From IMG/VR virus record IMGVR_UViG_3300021960_006627, positions 1 through 64,000 of that record: a stretch of 64,000 nt of DNA; one strand, 5' to 3'. The notes beneath the pieces are model-generated. The model saw nothing but the letters and a program-made list of their open reading frames with translations. It had not been told where the DNA came from and made no database searches. The position numbers and the translations under genes are program-made. Origin of the DNA: a virus. Positions 21,546-31,288 of this stretch are shown piece after piece (the first letter of the stretch is position 1; every line of letters begins with the position of its first letter).

Positions 21546-22768
21546 AAATCTACTTTGACACACTGCAAAATAACGACTCTAATCAGAACCAACTAGCCTC
21601 AAACGGTAAAAATGACTATTGGTTAGTTGCACCAGGAGCACCTATCAAACAAAAGTGTATGGAAATGCAGTTAGATGTTTCGAAGTTAACAGATCTTAAC
21701 GAAAAAGGAATATATTTTGTGGATGTAAGGGGAGATCCCAATTGGTGGGCAGGAGTATTGACTAATGCAGGAGTCCCACATAGGCACATATTGTCCAGCC
21801 TAACCAAGGAAATAAGAAAACTAGCCAAGGAAAAGAAGATTAGGATCGTAATTAATGCGGATAGAGAAGGCGGACCCATGATTACACAGCATTGGGATTG
21901 CTTTTTAACCACGCATATCGCAATGGTTGAACTTGGATTGCCCAAGGACAGCGTTCTAATACTACAGGGCAATAAGAAGATAGAGCATCAGTATCGCAGA
22001 TGGCTAAAAGCCAAGGGCCTGGATAGGCTGTATGATGTAATGTATAGCAATCACTTCGGAAACATATTCGGAGATGATAAACTACCAACTGCTCCTGTCA
22101 TAAAATATGCCATGGCAAATCCTAACAGCAAGGATTACAACAGCCTTAATAGAGTTTATCGTCCTCAGCGAGGCGCACACCTATATAGATTAATAAAGGA
22201 TGGAGCATTGAACAAAGGAATAGTAAGTGGCAATGAAATAAGACTAAGAGATAGAGATACCGAAAGTCTAGTAGGAGATTATTCGGACATAGCCAAGGAG
22301 TTTCCTAAATTCATAGACGGAGATTGGAGCAAGATAAATGCTGCCAATCAGTATAATGTTGAAATTTATAAAAATAGTTTGCTTACTGTGATCACAGAAA
22401 CCATATTCCTACACGATGTTGCATTCATCACGGAAAAGATATTCAAACCCATCACAATGGGGCATCCACTAATACTATTTGCCAGCCAAGGAACCCTGAG
22501 ATGCCTGGAGGACATGGGCTTTAGAACGGACTGGTGCGGAATAGATCCTGCATACAATGATATACAAGATAATGTTGAACGCTTTAATGCCACGCAGCAG
22601 ATTCTCAATGATTGGATCGCACTGCCACAGGAAGAAAAGATAGCAAGATTAGAAAAGAGCATGGATACAATTCAGCACAATTTTGATTTAATAAGGCGTA
22701 GTGACTTCTATGCGGATGCAATTAGAGAAGCAGTTGCCAGAACGGAGAAGTATTATGAAACCGTTTAA
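21542..22768 (+). CDS. Putative GT-B glycosyltransferase-like protein (GT10-like C-terminus)
   Basis: VITET...FITEKIFKPI..GHP motif; paralog of 23516-24667. Confidence 0.45.
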   Translation: MKIYFDTLQNNDSNQNQLASNGKNDYWLVAPGAPIKQKCMEMQLDVSKLTDLNEKGIYFVDVRGDPNWWAGVLTNAGVPHRHILSSLTKEIRKLAKEKKIRIVINADREGGPMITQHWDCFLTTHIAMVELGLPKDSVLILQGNKKIEHQYRRWLKAKGLDRLYDVMYSNHFGNIFGDDKLPTAPVIKYAMANPNSKDYNSLNRVYRPQRGAHLYRLIKDGALNKGIVSGNEIRLRDRDTESLVGDYSDIAKEFPKFIDGDWSKINAANQYNVEIYKNSLLTVITETIFLHDVAFITEKIFKPITMGHPLILFASQGTLRCLEDMGFRTDWCGIDPAYNDIQDNVERFNATQQILNDWIALPQEEKIARLEKSMDTIQHNFDLIRRSDFYADAIREAVARTEKYYETV

Positions 22769-23516
22769 TGAATACAAGAGATTCTTTGCGTTTGGTTGCA
22801 GCCTAACAAACTACAACTGGCCCACATGGGCTGACATAATAGCAACCGAAGTTCCAGAGTATTACAACTATGGACAGAGTGGTGGCGGCAATCTATTCAT
22901 AGCCAACAGCATTGTGGAAGCAAACCTCACACACAAATTTACTGAAGATGATTTGGTTATCGTTATGTGGAGCAGCGTTAGCAGGGAGGATAGATATAAG
23001 AACAACAGATGGGAAACACCGGGAAACATATACACCCAGGGCGTGATAGACATGGAGTTCGTATATAAGTGGGCAGATGATAGATTCTATCTTATGAGAG
23101 ATCTAGGATTGGTTGAACAGACTAGAGTTTATCTTGAACATCTGCCATGCGACTCGGACATGTTAAAGATGGTGGATTTTGAGGAAACAAAAATGTCTGA
23201 CAATATAAAAGGAAATCATCTAGAGGACATATTAAAACTATATTCATCAACGCTTGAATGCGTAAAACCCGCAGTGGTTGATGTTGTGTATGACGGCGTA
23301 TGGCCCCAAACACCGATCAAGGGTTGGGGAGGCAAGGGTCAGACAGCAGACTATCATCCCACTCCACTGGGCTATCTTAAATATCTTGAAAAGTTTTATC
23401 CAGTCACTGATGGCATGAGAAGTTATGCACAGGAATATGAGAAGAAAGTATTAGAGTGTAAGACACTGGATGACACACTTAAATTCTGGACACCAAGCGG
23501 AGTGAGTAGATTATAA
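22755..23516 (+). CDS. SGNH/GDSL-like hydrolase/acyltransferase
   Basis: FAFGCSLT, NYGQSGGGN, DYHPT blocks. Confidence 0.55.
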   Translation: MKPFNEYKRFFAFGCSLTNYNWPTWADIIATEVPEYYNYGQSGGGNLFIANSIVEANLTHKFTEDDLVIVMWSSVSREDRYKNNRWETPGNIYTQGVIDMEFVYKWADDRFYLMRDLGLVEQTRVYLEHLPCDSDMLKMVDFEETKMSDNIKGNHLEDILKLYSSTLECVKPAVVDVVYDGVWPQTPIKGWGGKGQTADYHPTPLGYLKYLEKFYPVTDGMRSYAQEYEKKVLECKTLDDTLKFWTPSGVSRL

Positions 23517-24667
23517 TGCCCTGCATAAACAAAGATAACCTACCATACGTTTTAACCTACAGCCTGCACGACAAGGAAATTGTTAAAATAAATCCCAATG
23601 TTGGAGTTCGTGCCAAGGATCATGAACCTTATGATTTTTTCTACATACAATTTTCAAATGCTGATAGTTTCAAAATGTTTAGCATAGAAAATATGGTACC
23701 TGAAGATGTTTTGCAGAAAATTAGGAATAGAGAAGTTTTTCTAATGCTTGACAACGGACTGGAACACTTTTATGAATGTGCGGATGCAATTTATCAAGAC
23801 ATTGTCATCAAGCACAACATACCAGCAGAGCAGATAATATTTCTTTCTGCGATTCCTGATATGAATAAACACGTTGCTAAGGTTGCACGCCAATTACAGC
23901 AATCTGAAATAAAAGTAGATTGGTTTAGCCTATTTGAAGCCACGGGCAAGGATGCGGCAAGAAATAGTCCAATGGCTCTGCCAAAGAAAAAAGAATATAC
24001 CAAGAAGTTTTTAAATCTTAATAGGCGTTGGAGGCTACACCGTCCACTGCTTTTAACTCTTCTCAAATCAAAAAATTTATTGGATGAAGGATACATAAGT
24101 TTTGCACCTAGTGATGATAATAAAGGTTGGAATCATGTATATCCCCAACTACAGTATCTACACCGCGACAACAAGAAAATATCCGCAATATTGGAACAGA
24201 ATAAAGACATCGTGGGCATGAAACCCTTGTACCTTGACACAAAGGATCTTGTTACTAACAGAGCAATACATGAAAACTCCATAAATGAATTTTACATGGA
24301 AACCTATTTCAGCATAGTTAATGAAACTACGTATTATGAAGGAGTTCCTTTTTTAAGTGAAAAGATATTTAAAACCATTGCAATGGGGCATCCGTTCATA
24401 ATGGTAACAGCAGCCAACAGCCTACAGTATTTGAAGGAACTTGGATATAAAACTTATGCTCCATTCATAGATGAATCCTATGATACCATAAAGGATGATG
24501 GTGATAGGATGCTGGCTATTTTGGATGAGGTTAATAGGCTTTGCAAAATGAGTCCAAAGGAATTGCGCAAGACATGGTTGCCAAACGTAAGAACAATAGC
24601 AAGGCACAATAGAAGCATTTTGGTAGGCAAGGATTATGAAAAATTAATAAGGACCATGAACTACTAG
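23516..24667 (+). CDS. Putative GT-B glycosyltransferase-like protein (GT10-like C-terminus)
   Basis: FLNLNRRWRLHR, IVNET...FLSEKIFKTI..GHPF, DESYD. Confidence 0.45.
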   Translation: MPCINKDNLPYVLTYSLHDKEIVKINPNVGVRAKDHEPYDFFYIQFSNADSFKMFSIENMVPEDVLQKIRNREVFLMLDNGLEHFYECADAIYQDIVIKHNIPAEQIIFLSAIPDMNKHVAKVARQLQQSEIKVDWFSLFEATGKDAARNSPMALPKKKEYTKKFLNLNRRWRLHRPLLLTLLKSKNLLDEGYISFAPSDDNKGWNHVYPQLQYLHRDNKKISAILEQNKDIVGMKPLYLDTKDLVTNRAIHENSINEFYMETYFSIVNETTYYEGVPFLSEKIFKTIAMGHPFIMVTAANSLQYLKELGYKTYAPFIDESYDTIKDDGDRMLAILDEVNRLCKMSPKELRKTWLPNVRTIARHNRSILVGKDYEKLIRTMNY

Positions 24668-24786
24668 CACCGTTTTAAGGCGCCTTAAACGCATTTTAAG
24701 CGTCATACAGCGGTGGTATTAGGTGTAGTGCTATAGTTGAACCCAAGCACAAAAACCAGGTTTAAAAGGCGCTTAAATGCGTTTTT
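24668..24786. repeat. Palindrome/inverted-repeat-rich intergenic element
   Basis: Perfect 16-bp palindrome TTTAAGGCGCCTTAAA (24674-24689); AAACGCATTTTAAGCG vs CGCTTAAATGCGTTT; CACCG/CGGTG and GTGCT/AGCAC stems. Confidence 0.6.
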
Positions 24787-24822
24787 GTAAATACTTTTGG
24801 TATAACGGTAAAGGAACGATAA

Positions 24823-25998
24823 ATGAAAATTGGATTTATAGGATTGGGTAAATTGGGCTTGCCCTGCGCAGAAGTAGTAGCCCAAAAAGGACATGACGTA
24901 ACCGGGTATGATATAGTTGATGTCCAAACAGATAAAGTCCAATTTAAGACTACCATAGAAGATTGTGTTAAGGATAGAGAAATAGTATTTGTTGCTGTTC
25001 CTACACCACACGATCCTGCATATGATGGCAGGGCACCTACGGCACACCTTGAACCAAAGGATTTTTCATACGATATAGTCCAAAGTGTTCTCAAGGAAGC
25101 AAATGAATACATGAACAAGGATCAATTGCTTGTTCTTATATCAACTGTGTTACCTGGAACAGTACGCCGAGAATTTTATCCGTTAGTAACTAATACTAGA
25201 TTTGTTTATAATCCATATCTTATTGCAATGGGAACAGTGGCATGGGATATGGTCAATCCTGATATTGTTATGATAGGAACTGAAGATGGAAGCGCCACAG
25301 GTGATGCGATTGAACTGGTTAGATTCTATCAAACCATAATGGAAAACAATCCCAAGTATGAAATCGGAACCTGGGATGAATGTGAATGCATCAAGGTATT
25401 CTACAACACATTCATTTCAACCAAGATTGGTTTAGTTAATATGATGCAGGATGTTGCTGAGCGACAGGGCAACATAAACGTGGATAAGGTTACCGAAGCA
25501 TTATCAAACTGCACAAAGAGAATTACAAGTTCAGCATACATGAAGGCAGGCATGGGAGATGGCGGCGGCTGCCATCCAAGAGACAATATCGCACTTCGTT
25601 ATATGGCAGACAAATTAAATCTAGGTTACGATTTGTTTGATGCCGTGATGAATGCACGTGAAAAGCAAGCCAAGAACATGGCTGAAAAATTAGTCGCACT
25701 TGCCAAGGAACATGACCTTCCTATATTATTAAATGGAATAGCATACAAGCCAGGAGTCCCATATCAGGACGGTAGTTACAGTCTATTGGTAGGTCATTAT
25801 TGCCATGAATTAGGAAGAGGTCCAATGACTATTGATCCTGCTATTGATTTGGGCAATGGAATGGAATTTAGAGCAGTCGTTCTTCTTGCTCATCCTACTC
25901 TTTATGTTAAACTCTCAAGTGATAGCATTGTGGTCGATCCTTGGAGAGAACATACTTCGGACAATTATAAAGTTATTCATTACGGAAATACCAGATAA
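24823..25998 (+). CDS. ugd: UDP-glucose/GDP-mannose 6-dehydrogenase
   Basis: GLGKLG Rossmann motif, VAVPTP, STVLPGT, KVFYNTF, GGGCHPRD catalytic Cys, GIAYKP. Confidence 0.9.
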   Translation: MKIGFIGLGKLGLPCAEVVAQKGHDVTGYDIVDVQTDKVQFKTTIEDCVKDREIVFVAVPTPHDPAYDGRAPTAHLEPKDFSYDIVQSVLKEANEYMNKDQLLVLISTVLPGTVRREFYPLVTNTRFVYNPYLIAMGTVAWDMVNPDIVMIGTEDGSATGDAIELVRFYQTIMENNPKYEIGTWDECECIKVFYNTFISTKIGLVNMMQDVAERQGNINVDKVTEALSNCTKRITSSAYMKAGMGDGGGCHPRDNIALRYMADKLNLGYDLFDAVMNAREKQAKNMAEKLVALAKEHDLPILLNGIAYKPGVPYQDGSYSLLVGHYCHELGRGPMTIDPAIDLGNGMEFRAVVLLAHPTLYVKLSSDSIVVDPWREHTSDNYKVIHYGNTR

Positions 25999-26029
25999 AA
26001 AAAGGGCCATTTAGGCCCTTTCTTGTTTT
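25997..26029. terminator. Bidirectional intrinsic terminator at strand-convergence point
   Basis: AAAGGGCC-ATTTA-GGCCCTTT flanked by A and T tracts. Confidence 0.8.
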
Positions 26030-26040
26030 AGTTGGAGAAA

Positions 26041-26349
26041 CTAAAATATTTTATCTGTGCGATTTTTTATTTCGTCTTTCAATTTTTGAATATTAATCTT
26101 AAAGTCTATCTTTTTAATCGTATCTTTGTATTCAGATAGAGTATCCAACAACCTCTTTGCAACATCATTTGGATCTGCATCTTTGAGTTGTTCTCTAATA
26201 TCTATCTGCCAAACACGACCATCGTTAAATTCTAAGATCATAGTATCCACATAAGCGACCGGCATGGTATTCATATACAAATCTTCGAATACTTCTGGCC
26301 ACTCCTTAACAATGTGCTTCGGCGGTCTAAAGTACTGCCTATGCGTCAC
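26041..26349 (-). CDS. Hypothetical protein
   Basis: ORF in - strand operon. Confidence 0.6.
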   Translation of the reverse strand: MTHRQYFRPPKHIVKEWPEVFEDLYMNTMPVAYVDTMILEFNDGRVWQIDIREQLKDADPNDVAKRLLDTLSEYKDTIKKIDFKINIQKLKDEIKNRTDKIF

Positions 26350-26352
26350 TGT

Positions 26353-26982
26353 TTATGCTTCTGCTTTAGCCTTAGTTGTAGTCTTTTTCTTTGGCGGATC
26401 TAGTTCGTCTGCTTCTCTGCGTAAGCGAGCCGCTTCCTTGTACATAGCATCAGCCTGACTACGATATGACCTTGCAAGATCAGAGTCCGAAAGAACACCG
26501 TCAGTTGCAGGAGCCGCAATAGGCTCTTCACTAGGTGTTGTTTCTGGTACAACTGGTTCTGCCACAGTTTCACCTGCTTTTGGAGCACCACTAACAAATG
26601 TGTAAAGTTCATCAACTGCAACATTTTTTTGTTCTGCAATCAAAACGTTTAGTTCAGAAAGAGCAATCTCTTGTGTTGGAGTTGGAGTCATCATTACAGT
26701 ATCAGTATCTACTTTCTTAAGTCTTCCCTGTTGCTGAACTCTCTGTAGCATAGGAGTCCCATCAGAGAAATACTTATGGAACATGATCTCACCAAGTTCA
26801 AATGTTTCTTGCGCTTGTTCTGATTCAATCAGTTTCATTAGTCCATCATGATATTCATCTGGTAAAGTTGCTGTTGGTAATACCAACGCTTTGTTTGACT
26901 CACCCGGTACGGTTCTAAAAACCACGGCAACTTTATCGCCGGTATTTTTCATTTTACCTACGTGTTTTGTTGTTTTAGCCAT
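26353..26982 (-). CDS. Hypothetical protein with C-terminal coiled coil
   Basis: ORF with RBS, overlaps upstream gene. Confidence 0.65.
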   Translation of the reverse strand: MAKTTKHVGKMKNTGDKVAVVFRTVPGESNKALVLPTATLPDEYHDGLMKLIESEQAQETFELGEIMFHKYFSDGTPMLQRVQQQGRLKKVDTDTVMMTPTPTQEIALSELNVLIAEQKNVAVDELYTFVSGAPKAGETVAEPVVPETTPSEEPIAAPATDGVLSDSDLARSYRSQADAMYKEAARLRREADELDPPKKKTTTKAKAEA

Positions 26983-27286
26983 TGTTCTCTTCCTTAGGTT
27001 CTTGATTTGCTTGTTGTTGTTTTGTTACATGATCTAGGAATGCTGTAAGTTTATTATATGTCTTACCAACTGCTTCTAGTTCATTTGCCTTAAATGCACC
27101 TCTTTGTGTAGCAATATCAATAATGCTACGAACTGAATTTAGATCGCTAACATTAAGATCTGGTGCTACAGGTGCCTGTGCATTTTGTGCGTCGGGTGTA
27201 GGAACGGGTCCTGATCCTGCCGCAGGTTGTGTATCTTGTTTTGGAGTTGATTGTTCTGTATCAACTGCTTTTGCTTCTTCTGCCAT
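26975..27286 (-). CDS. Hypothetical protein
   Basis: AGGAG RBS; IIDIATQRGAFKANEL core. Confidence 0.65.
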   Translation of the reverse strand: MAEEAKAVDTEQSTPKQDTQPAAGSGPVPTPDAQNAQAPVAPDLNVSDLNSVRSIIDIATQRGAFKANELEAVGKTYNKLTAFLDHVTKQQQANQEPKEENNG

Positions 27287-27287
27287 A

Positions 27288-27563
27288 TTAGTTTCTCCTT
27301 AAGTATGGGCAACCTAACATAAAGTAGGTTAGTTCTTTTTCATCTTCAAAACCCACAAACGTAGAGTTTTTGAATCTGTTTCCATTATCAATGGAAGGAT
27401 AATTTACAATACAATATCTTCCATTCAATTTCGCCTTGATCCATCCAACAATATTGCTGTCATATCTTTCCCCATCCGAAATTTTGATGGTAGAAAAATG
27501 AGGAGGTAACGTTTTGCTTTCACGCACATTAAGCACGTCTAATGGATTAAGTTCTATCATCAT
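27288..27563 (-). CDS. Hypothetical protein
   Basis: TAAATA (27568-27573) 4 nt before ATG. Confidence 0.55.
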   Translation of the reverse strand: MMIELNPLDVLNVRESKTLPPHFSTIKISDGERYDSNIVGWIKAKLNGRYCIVNYPSIDNGNRFKNSTFVGFEDEKELTYFMLGCPYLRRN

Positions 27564-27595
27564 AAAATATTTATTAACTGCTACTATAATTCTGA

Positions 27596-27988
27596 TTAAT
27601 CTTGGCTGAGTCTTTTGGATAGTGCTTTGTTGTATCCCATCTTTTTAACATCACCCGAAAACAAATAAAGTTCAAAAGCGGCTTTTTCCTTTAAAACTGT
27701 AATTGATTTCTTAGTAATATAATACGGAGATTCGATGAAATTGTCAAGCCATAAAAGCACTTGTGGAGTAATTGAGAAGTCTTTTGGAAAATCAATCTTA
27801 TAAATTTTTATTTTGGCAATTAATTCTATATACTTAATTGCATCGTCAGTTAATCTTAATCCACCAGAATCCTTGCTTCTGATATTCCACCACCATACTA
27901 ATTTGTGTTTTTTTATTTCTTCTTCGGTAATTGGATCGTGATTTGCTGCTTTTAAAAATGTTTCCGTGTATTGGTCTTTAACATCCAT
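27596..27988 (-). CDS. Hypothetical protein
   Basis: ORF; start moved to MDVKDQ. Confidence 0.6.
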   Translation of the reverse strand: MDVKDQYTETFLKAANHDPITEEEIKKHKLVWWWNIRSKDSGGLRLTDDAIKYIELIAKIKIYKIDFPKDFSITPQVLLWLDNFIESPYYITKKSITVLKEKAAFELYLFSGDVKKMGYNKALSKRLSQD

Positions 27989-27989
27989 T

Positions 27990-28274
27990 TCATTTTTCTT
28001 TTGCACCATCAGTAAGTTTATAAACTCCAAACTCATCTGTTTTAAAAAGTCTGTTTAATTTTTTTGCAAGATTTCTAGCATGACCTGGATTTGAAAAGGA
28101 AACTTTTTTATACTTAGGTCCAGGATAACTGGATACCATGCTGCCGCTCTTAAGATTGAAAGGTTTTCCTTGGTAGAAAACTGCCCATATGGCTTCGCTC
28201 TCAAGTATCTGTTCTAATTTATATGTTTCTCGATTTGTATGTTCGAGTATAACATTAGGTTTAGGTCTGCTCAT
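27990..28274 (-). CDS. Hypothetical basic protein
   Basis: ORF preceded by TAAATA and hairpin. Confidence 0.65.
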   Translation of the reverse strand: MSRPKPNVILEHTNRETYKLEQILESEAIWAVFYQGKPFNLKSGSMVSSYPGPKYKKVSFSNPGHARNLAKKLNRLFKTDEFGVYKLTDGAKEK

Positions 28275-28311
28275 TATATACGTAATCCTTTATTAACTAC
28301 GTATATATTTA
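28275..28311 (-). promoter_or_regulatory. Late promoter TAAATA overlapping 5' arm of RBS hairpin
   Basis: TATATACGTA/TACGTATATA 10-bp inverted repeat with AAGGA in loop, directly before ATG. Confidence 0.6.
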
Positions 28312-28317
28312 TCCTTT

Positions 28318-28566
28318 TTAGAAAGATCCCCCGTCCATCTTTACATCTACTTCAGTAGTTGATTGCTTTAAATCCTGTAGCATTTGATGTATTTCACCCA
28401 CTGTTTTTCCTAGTTTTGACGTTATGAGTGCTAGTTCAGTAGTAAGGGCTCTTGCTTCTTCAATACTGATTCTAATCTCTTTTTGTTGTGATTTTTCCGC
28501 AACAGCCGCACGCTGTAACAGCCTCTCAACGCTGGGTAATGAATCGGGTATGTTATTTTGAGACAT
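28318..28566 (-). CDS. Hypothetical protein
   Basis: Coupled ORF. Confidence 0.55.
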   Translation of the reverse strand: MSQNNIPDSLPSVERLLQRAAVAEKSQQKEIRISIEEARALTTELALITSKLGKTVGEIHQMLQDLKQSTTEVDVKMDGGSF

Positions 28567-29026
28567 TTGCTAGTACCTGTTTCATTTCTATGTCTGTTTT
28601 AAATGGGCCTCTATATTCATAGCGTTGTAGTGTTATAAGTTTAGGACAGAAACTTTTTACCCATCCTTTTTCAAATTTAATGGTATAATATCCTGCACAG
28701 TATAGACTCTTACTATCCTTGCTCTTTGTGAATAACGGAAGTTTCTTTTGTATATCGTACATGCTATTGTGTGGTTTAGTACTGCAAGAATATCCATGAA
28801 CTTCATTTGGAAGCGAATTATCTGCTTCTTTAATAATCTTTGCAAAAAATCCCTTGCCAAATTGTTGTGTTACGCTTTCTTTATTATTAAAAACTTTCAC
28901 ACCTTGTTCATTGCTCAATATAAATTTATTTTCTTCGTTCTTTCTAAGTGTTGCTACCTTAAATCCATCTTCTTCTACGATCCAAAATTTGTTTGCAATA
29001 ATTGGTTTTGCTTGAATGATAGTCAT
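28553..29026 (-). CDS. Hypothetical protein
   Basis: Coupled ORF; SLYCAGYY, SFCPKLITL. Confidence 0.6.
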   Translation of the reverse strand: MTIIQAKPIIANKFWIVEEDGFKVATLRKNEENKFILSNEQGVKVFNNKESVTQQFGKGFFAKIIKEADNSLPNEVHGYSCSTKPHNSMYDIQKKLPLFTKSKDSKSLYCAGYYTIKFEKGWVKSFCPKLITLQRYEYRGPFKTDIEMKQVLANVSK

Positions 29027-30018
29027 CCGTTATACCTCGCATTTAATGGCTCAGAATAAGCCTGTGCTTGATCTGAAATCTTTTTCAAATCATAAAGGTG
29101 ACAAAACTTCATTAGTCTAATACCCACCTGGCTTATATTTTTATCTGCTGAAACAGCCTTGTTAATAGTTTCCTTAATAATTTCTTTTATATCATTAGGT
29201 TGATGAGCTAAATCTATTAGCACTCTATTTCTTTCATAGTCTTCAAGAACTCGATGCTCTTTACCATTATGATCAACCCAACGTTGTAACATAAGATTGT
29301 TCCAACTAAATCCTTTAGTTTGCCTGTCATTAAATGCTTCTTGTAAGCCCACTTTGTTTTTAGTGCCTTTTGTACGCACACCTGGATAAGCACTGAATAC
29401 ATTATCACTAGTGTCACCTCTCATGCATTTTTCAAATAGTAACCATTCTGGATTAGGAACGGCCTTAGGTTCTTTAGTTTTTTTATCAATTACAACTTGT
29501 CCTTTTTTATCAAAGAAGCCTTCGTGTGTTGTTGTGATTTCTTGCACACCATTGTATAGTTTTACATTAGGTGCAATTAACTGTTGAAAGTCTGTGTCTG
29601 TTGAAATAATCACGTGTTTGCTATCAGGATGTTGCTGTATCCAGCCTGCAATAAGATCATCTGCTTCCAGTTGTGGGTGCTGTAGTACCGTGCAGTTAGT
29701 CTTATCTGTTACGAATTCCTTAAATGTATCAAACGCTTCCCAGAATACAGTTTCCTCATCCTGCTGTTTTTCAGTAAGAGCATCACGTGCTTCTTGCCTA
29801 TTACGCTTGTAAGGCTCATAATGGTCCTTACGCCAACTGCGTCCTTCTAAGCAAAACACAACATGACTGCCATTAAAATCTTGCCAAGCCTTCTTGATGC
29901 TGTTTAGCGTGATATGAAAAGCCATGCCCAACTTAATGTCAGCATCTCCATTTATTACATGCCTCGCACGAAAGAACGTGTTCGCAGTATCTACTATTAT
30001 ATGACACATTTTACTCAT
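29023..30018 (-). CDS. rnh: RNase H / 5'-3' exonuclease (T4 Rnh/FEN family)
   Basis: IVDTAN, SWRK...YKRNR, LEADDLIA, ISTDTDF, GDTSDNV. Confidence 0.9.
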   Translation of the reverse strand: MSKMCHIIVDTANTFFRARHVINGDADIKLGMAFHITLNSIKKAWQDFNGSHVVFCLEGRSWRKDHYEPYKRNRQEARDALTEKQQDEETVFWEAFDTFKEFVTDKTNCTVLQHPQLEADDLIAGWIQQHPDSKHVIISTDTDFQQLIAPNVKLYNGVQEITTTHEGFFDKKGQVVIDKKTKEPKAVPNPEWLLFEKCMRGDTSDNVFSAYPGVRTKGTKNKVGLQEAFNDRQTKGFSWNNLMLQRWVDHNGKEHRVLEDYERNRVLIDLAHQPNDIKEIIKETINKAVSADKNISQVGIRLMKFCHLYDLKKISDQAQAYSEPLNARYNG

Positions 30019-30364
30019 TATCTCTTTTAACAGCACTGGCATCTATGCTACCAGTGTCAAGTGGTCCTCCGTAGTCACCATCGACTACAACGTTTGCACA
30101 AAGTTCTCGGAACCAACGATCAACAATTTCCTCATCCTTGTCGCCTTCTACTCCGTAACCCTGTTGTTTTAATTGTACTATGAAATGTTCATTCCAGTCA
30201 AGTTCAAAAAAGCCATTTCGAACATTTTCCTTATTAACGTGAGTATTCAAAACACCCACCCAAGGTTCCTTCTTCATCGTTGCCTTTTCCTTTTCTGTAA
30301 GTCCAGGCTTAGATGTGTCCGGCTCTTTCTTCTTGAACATTTTCTTTATAAAGTCCATACTCAT
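30011..30364 (-). CDS. Hypothetical protein
   Basis: ORF; GFFELDWN. Confidence 0.6.
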   Translation of the reverse strand: MSMDFIKKMFKKKEPDTSKPGLTEKEKATMKKEPWVGVLNTHVNKENVRNGFFELDWNEHFIVQLKQQGYGVEGDKDEEIVDRWFRELCANVVVDGDYGGPLDTGSIDASAVKRDNE

Positions 30365-30367
30365 TCC

Positions 30368-31288
30368 TTATGTTCCGATCGCATTACCAAAAAGATAAAC
30401 ATGAACCCTTGCCGCCACGTTGTATCCTCTTTGGAAAGCCATCTTAGCAACTGCTCCGGCCGTTGCTGTTTGTTCTTCTTCTCTGGCACCAACGGGCATT
30501 ACCCATATTGGATAATCAACACCCTGTGCCTTAAATTGTGCGATGACACTCTCCATCTCATCCCACTGTTGCTGTTCGGAACCTACAACAAATTTTAGTT
30601 GTCCTCTGTCACTCAAACTTCTGTATTCTGCTACCACTTCAGGCTTAATCGCCTTCTTCGCAGTCTCACCTGCCACCGTCCATAGTTTAGGACTCACACT
30701 AAAGAACAATTCAACGTCCTTGGTAACTTCGTTATCCACGTGCCAAAAGTCCTTGAACTCCTGTGTAAGTGCCTGTGTGCCGTTAGTTTCAAACGTAACA
30801 CTTGCTGGCATATTGTTTAATCTTTTAAATTCTGTCATGATACCGATGAACGCTTCCTGTGCGTGTTTCATCAGCGGCTCGCCGCCCGTAACACAGAAGT
30901 GCTGTCTCTGTCCTGTTACAGGATGTAAAAATAAACCTTCTGGATTACTATCCGTTCTAAGTGTGTCAATTAGTTGATGTGCAAGTTCAACTGCGGTCTT
31001 TTGCCCCATTAGGTGCTTAAACTTCTTGCTCCACGTGTAACTGCTGTCACAACCCTTATCCCATACAGGCAAATCTTCAACACGAGTTACCGTGCTTGTG
31101 TCAAACTTTTCAAACGGCAAATCATGAGTATCAGGATTAGTAGGATCAGTCTGTCCAAAACCATTGCACTGTAGATTGCACAAAAAGAAACGCACCCAAG
31201 CAGTGGGCACACCCGTGTAATGTCCTTCACCCTGTATGCTGTGAAAGATTTCGCTATAGTAATATTTCTTGTCAGTTGCTATTGTCAT
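30368..31288 (-). CDS. queE: 7-carboxy-7-deazaguanine synthase (radical SAM)
   Basis: EIFHSIQGEG..TGVP..VRF..CNLQC...CDS, TGGEP, ETNG, SVSPK, RVHVYLFG. Confidence 0.88.
   Translation of the reverse strand: MTIATDKKYYYSEIFHSIQGEGHYTGVPTAWVRFFLCNLQCNGFGQTDPTNPDTHDLPFEKFDTSTVTRVEDLPVWDKGCDSSYTWSKKFKHLMGQKTAVELAHQLIDTLRTDSNPEGLFLHPVTGQRQHFCVTGGEPLMKHAQEAFIGIMTEFKRLNNMPASVTFETNGTQALTQEFKDFWHVDNEVTKDVELFFSVSPKLWTVAGETAKKAIKPEVVAEYRSLSDRGQLKFVVGSEQQQWDEMESVIAQFKAQGVDYPIWVMPVGAREEEQTATAGAVAKMAFQRGYNVAARVHVYLFGNAIGT

Noticed and set aside
24668-24720. tRNA-like cloverleaf
   Set aside because: No T-loop TTCRA, D-loop or proper acceptor stem; kept only as a generic structured element.
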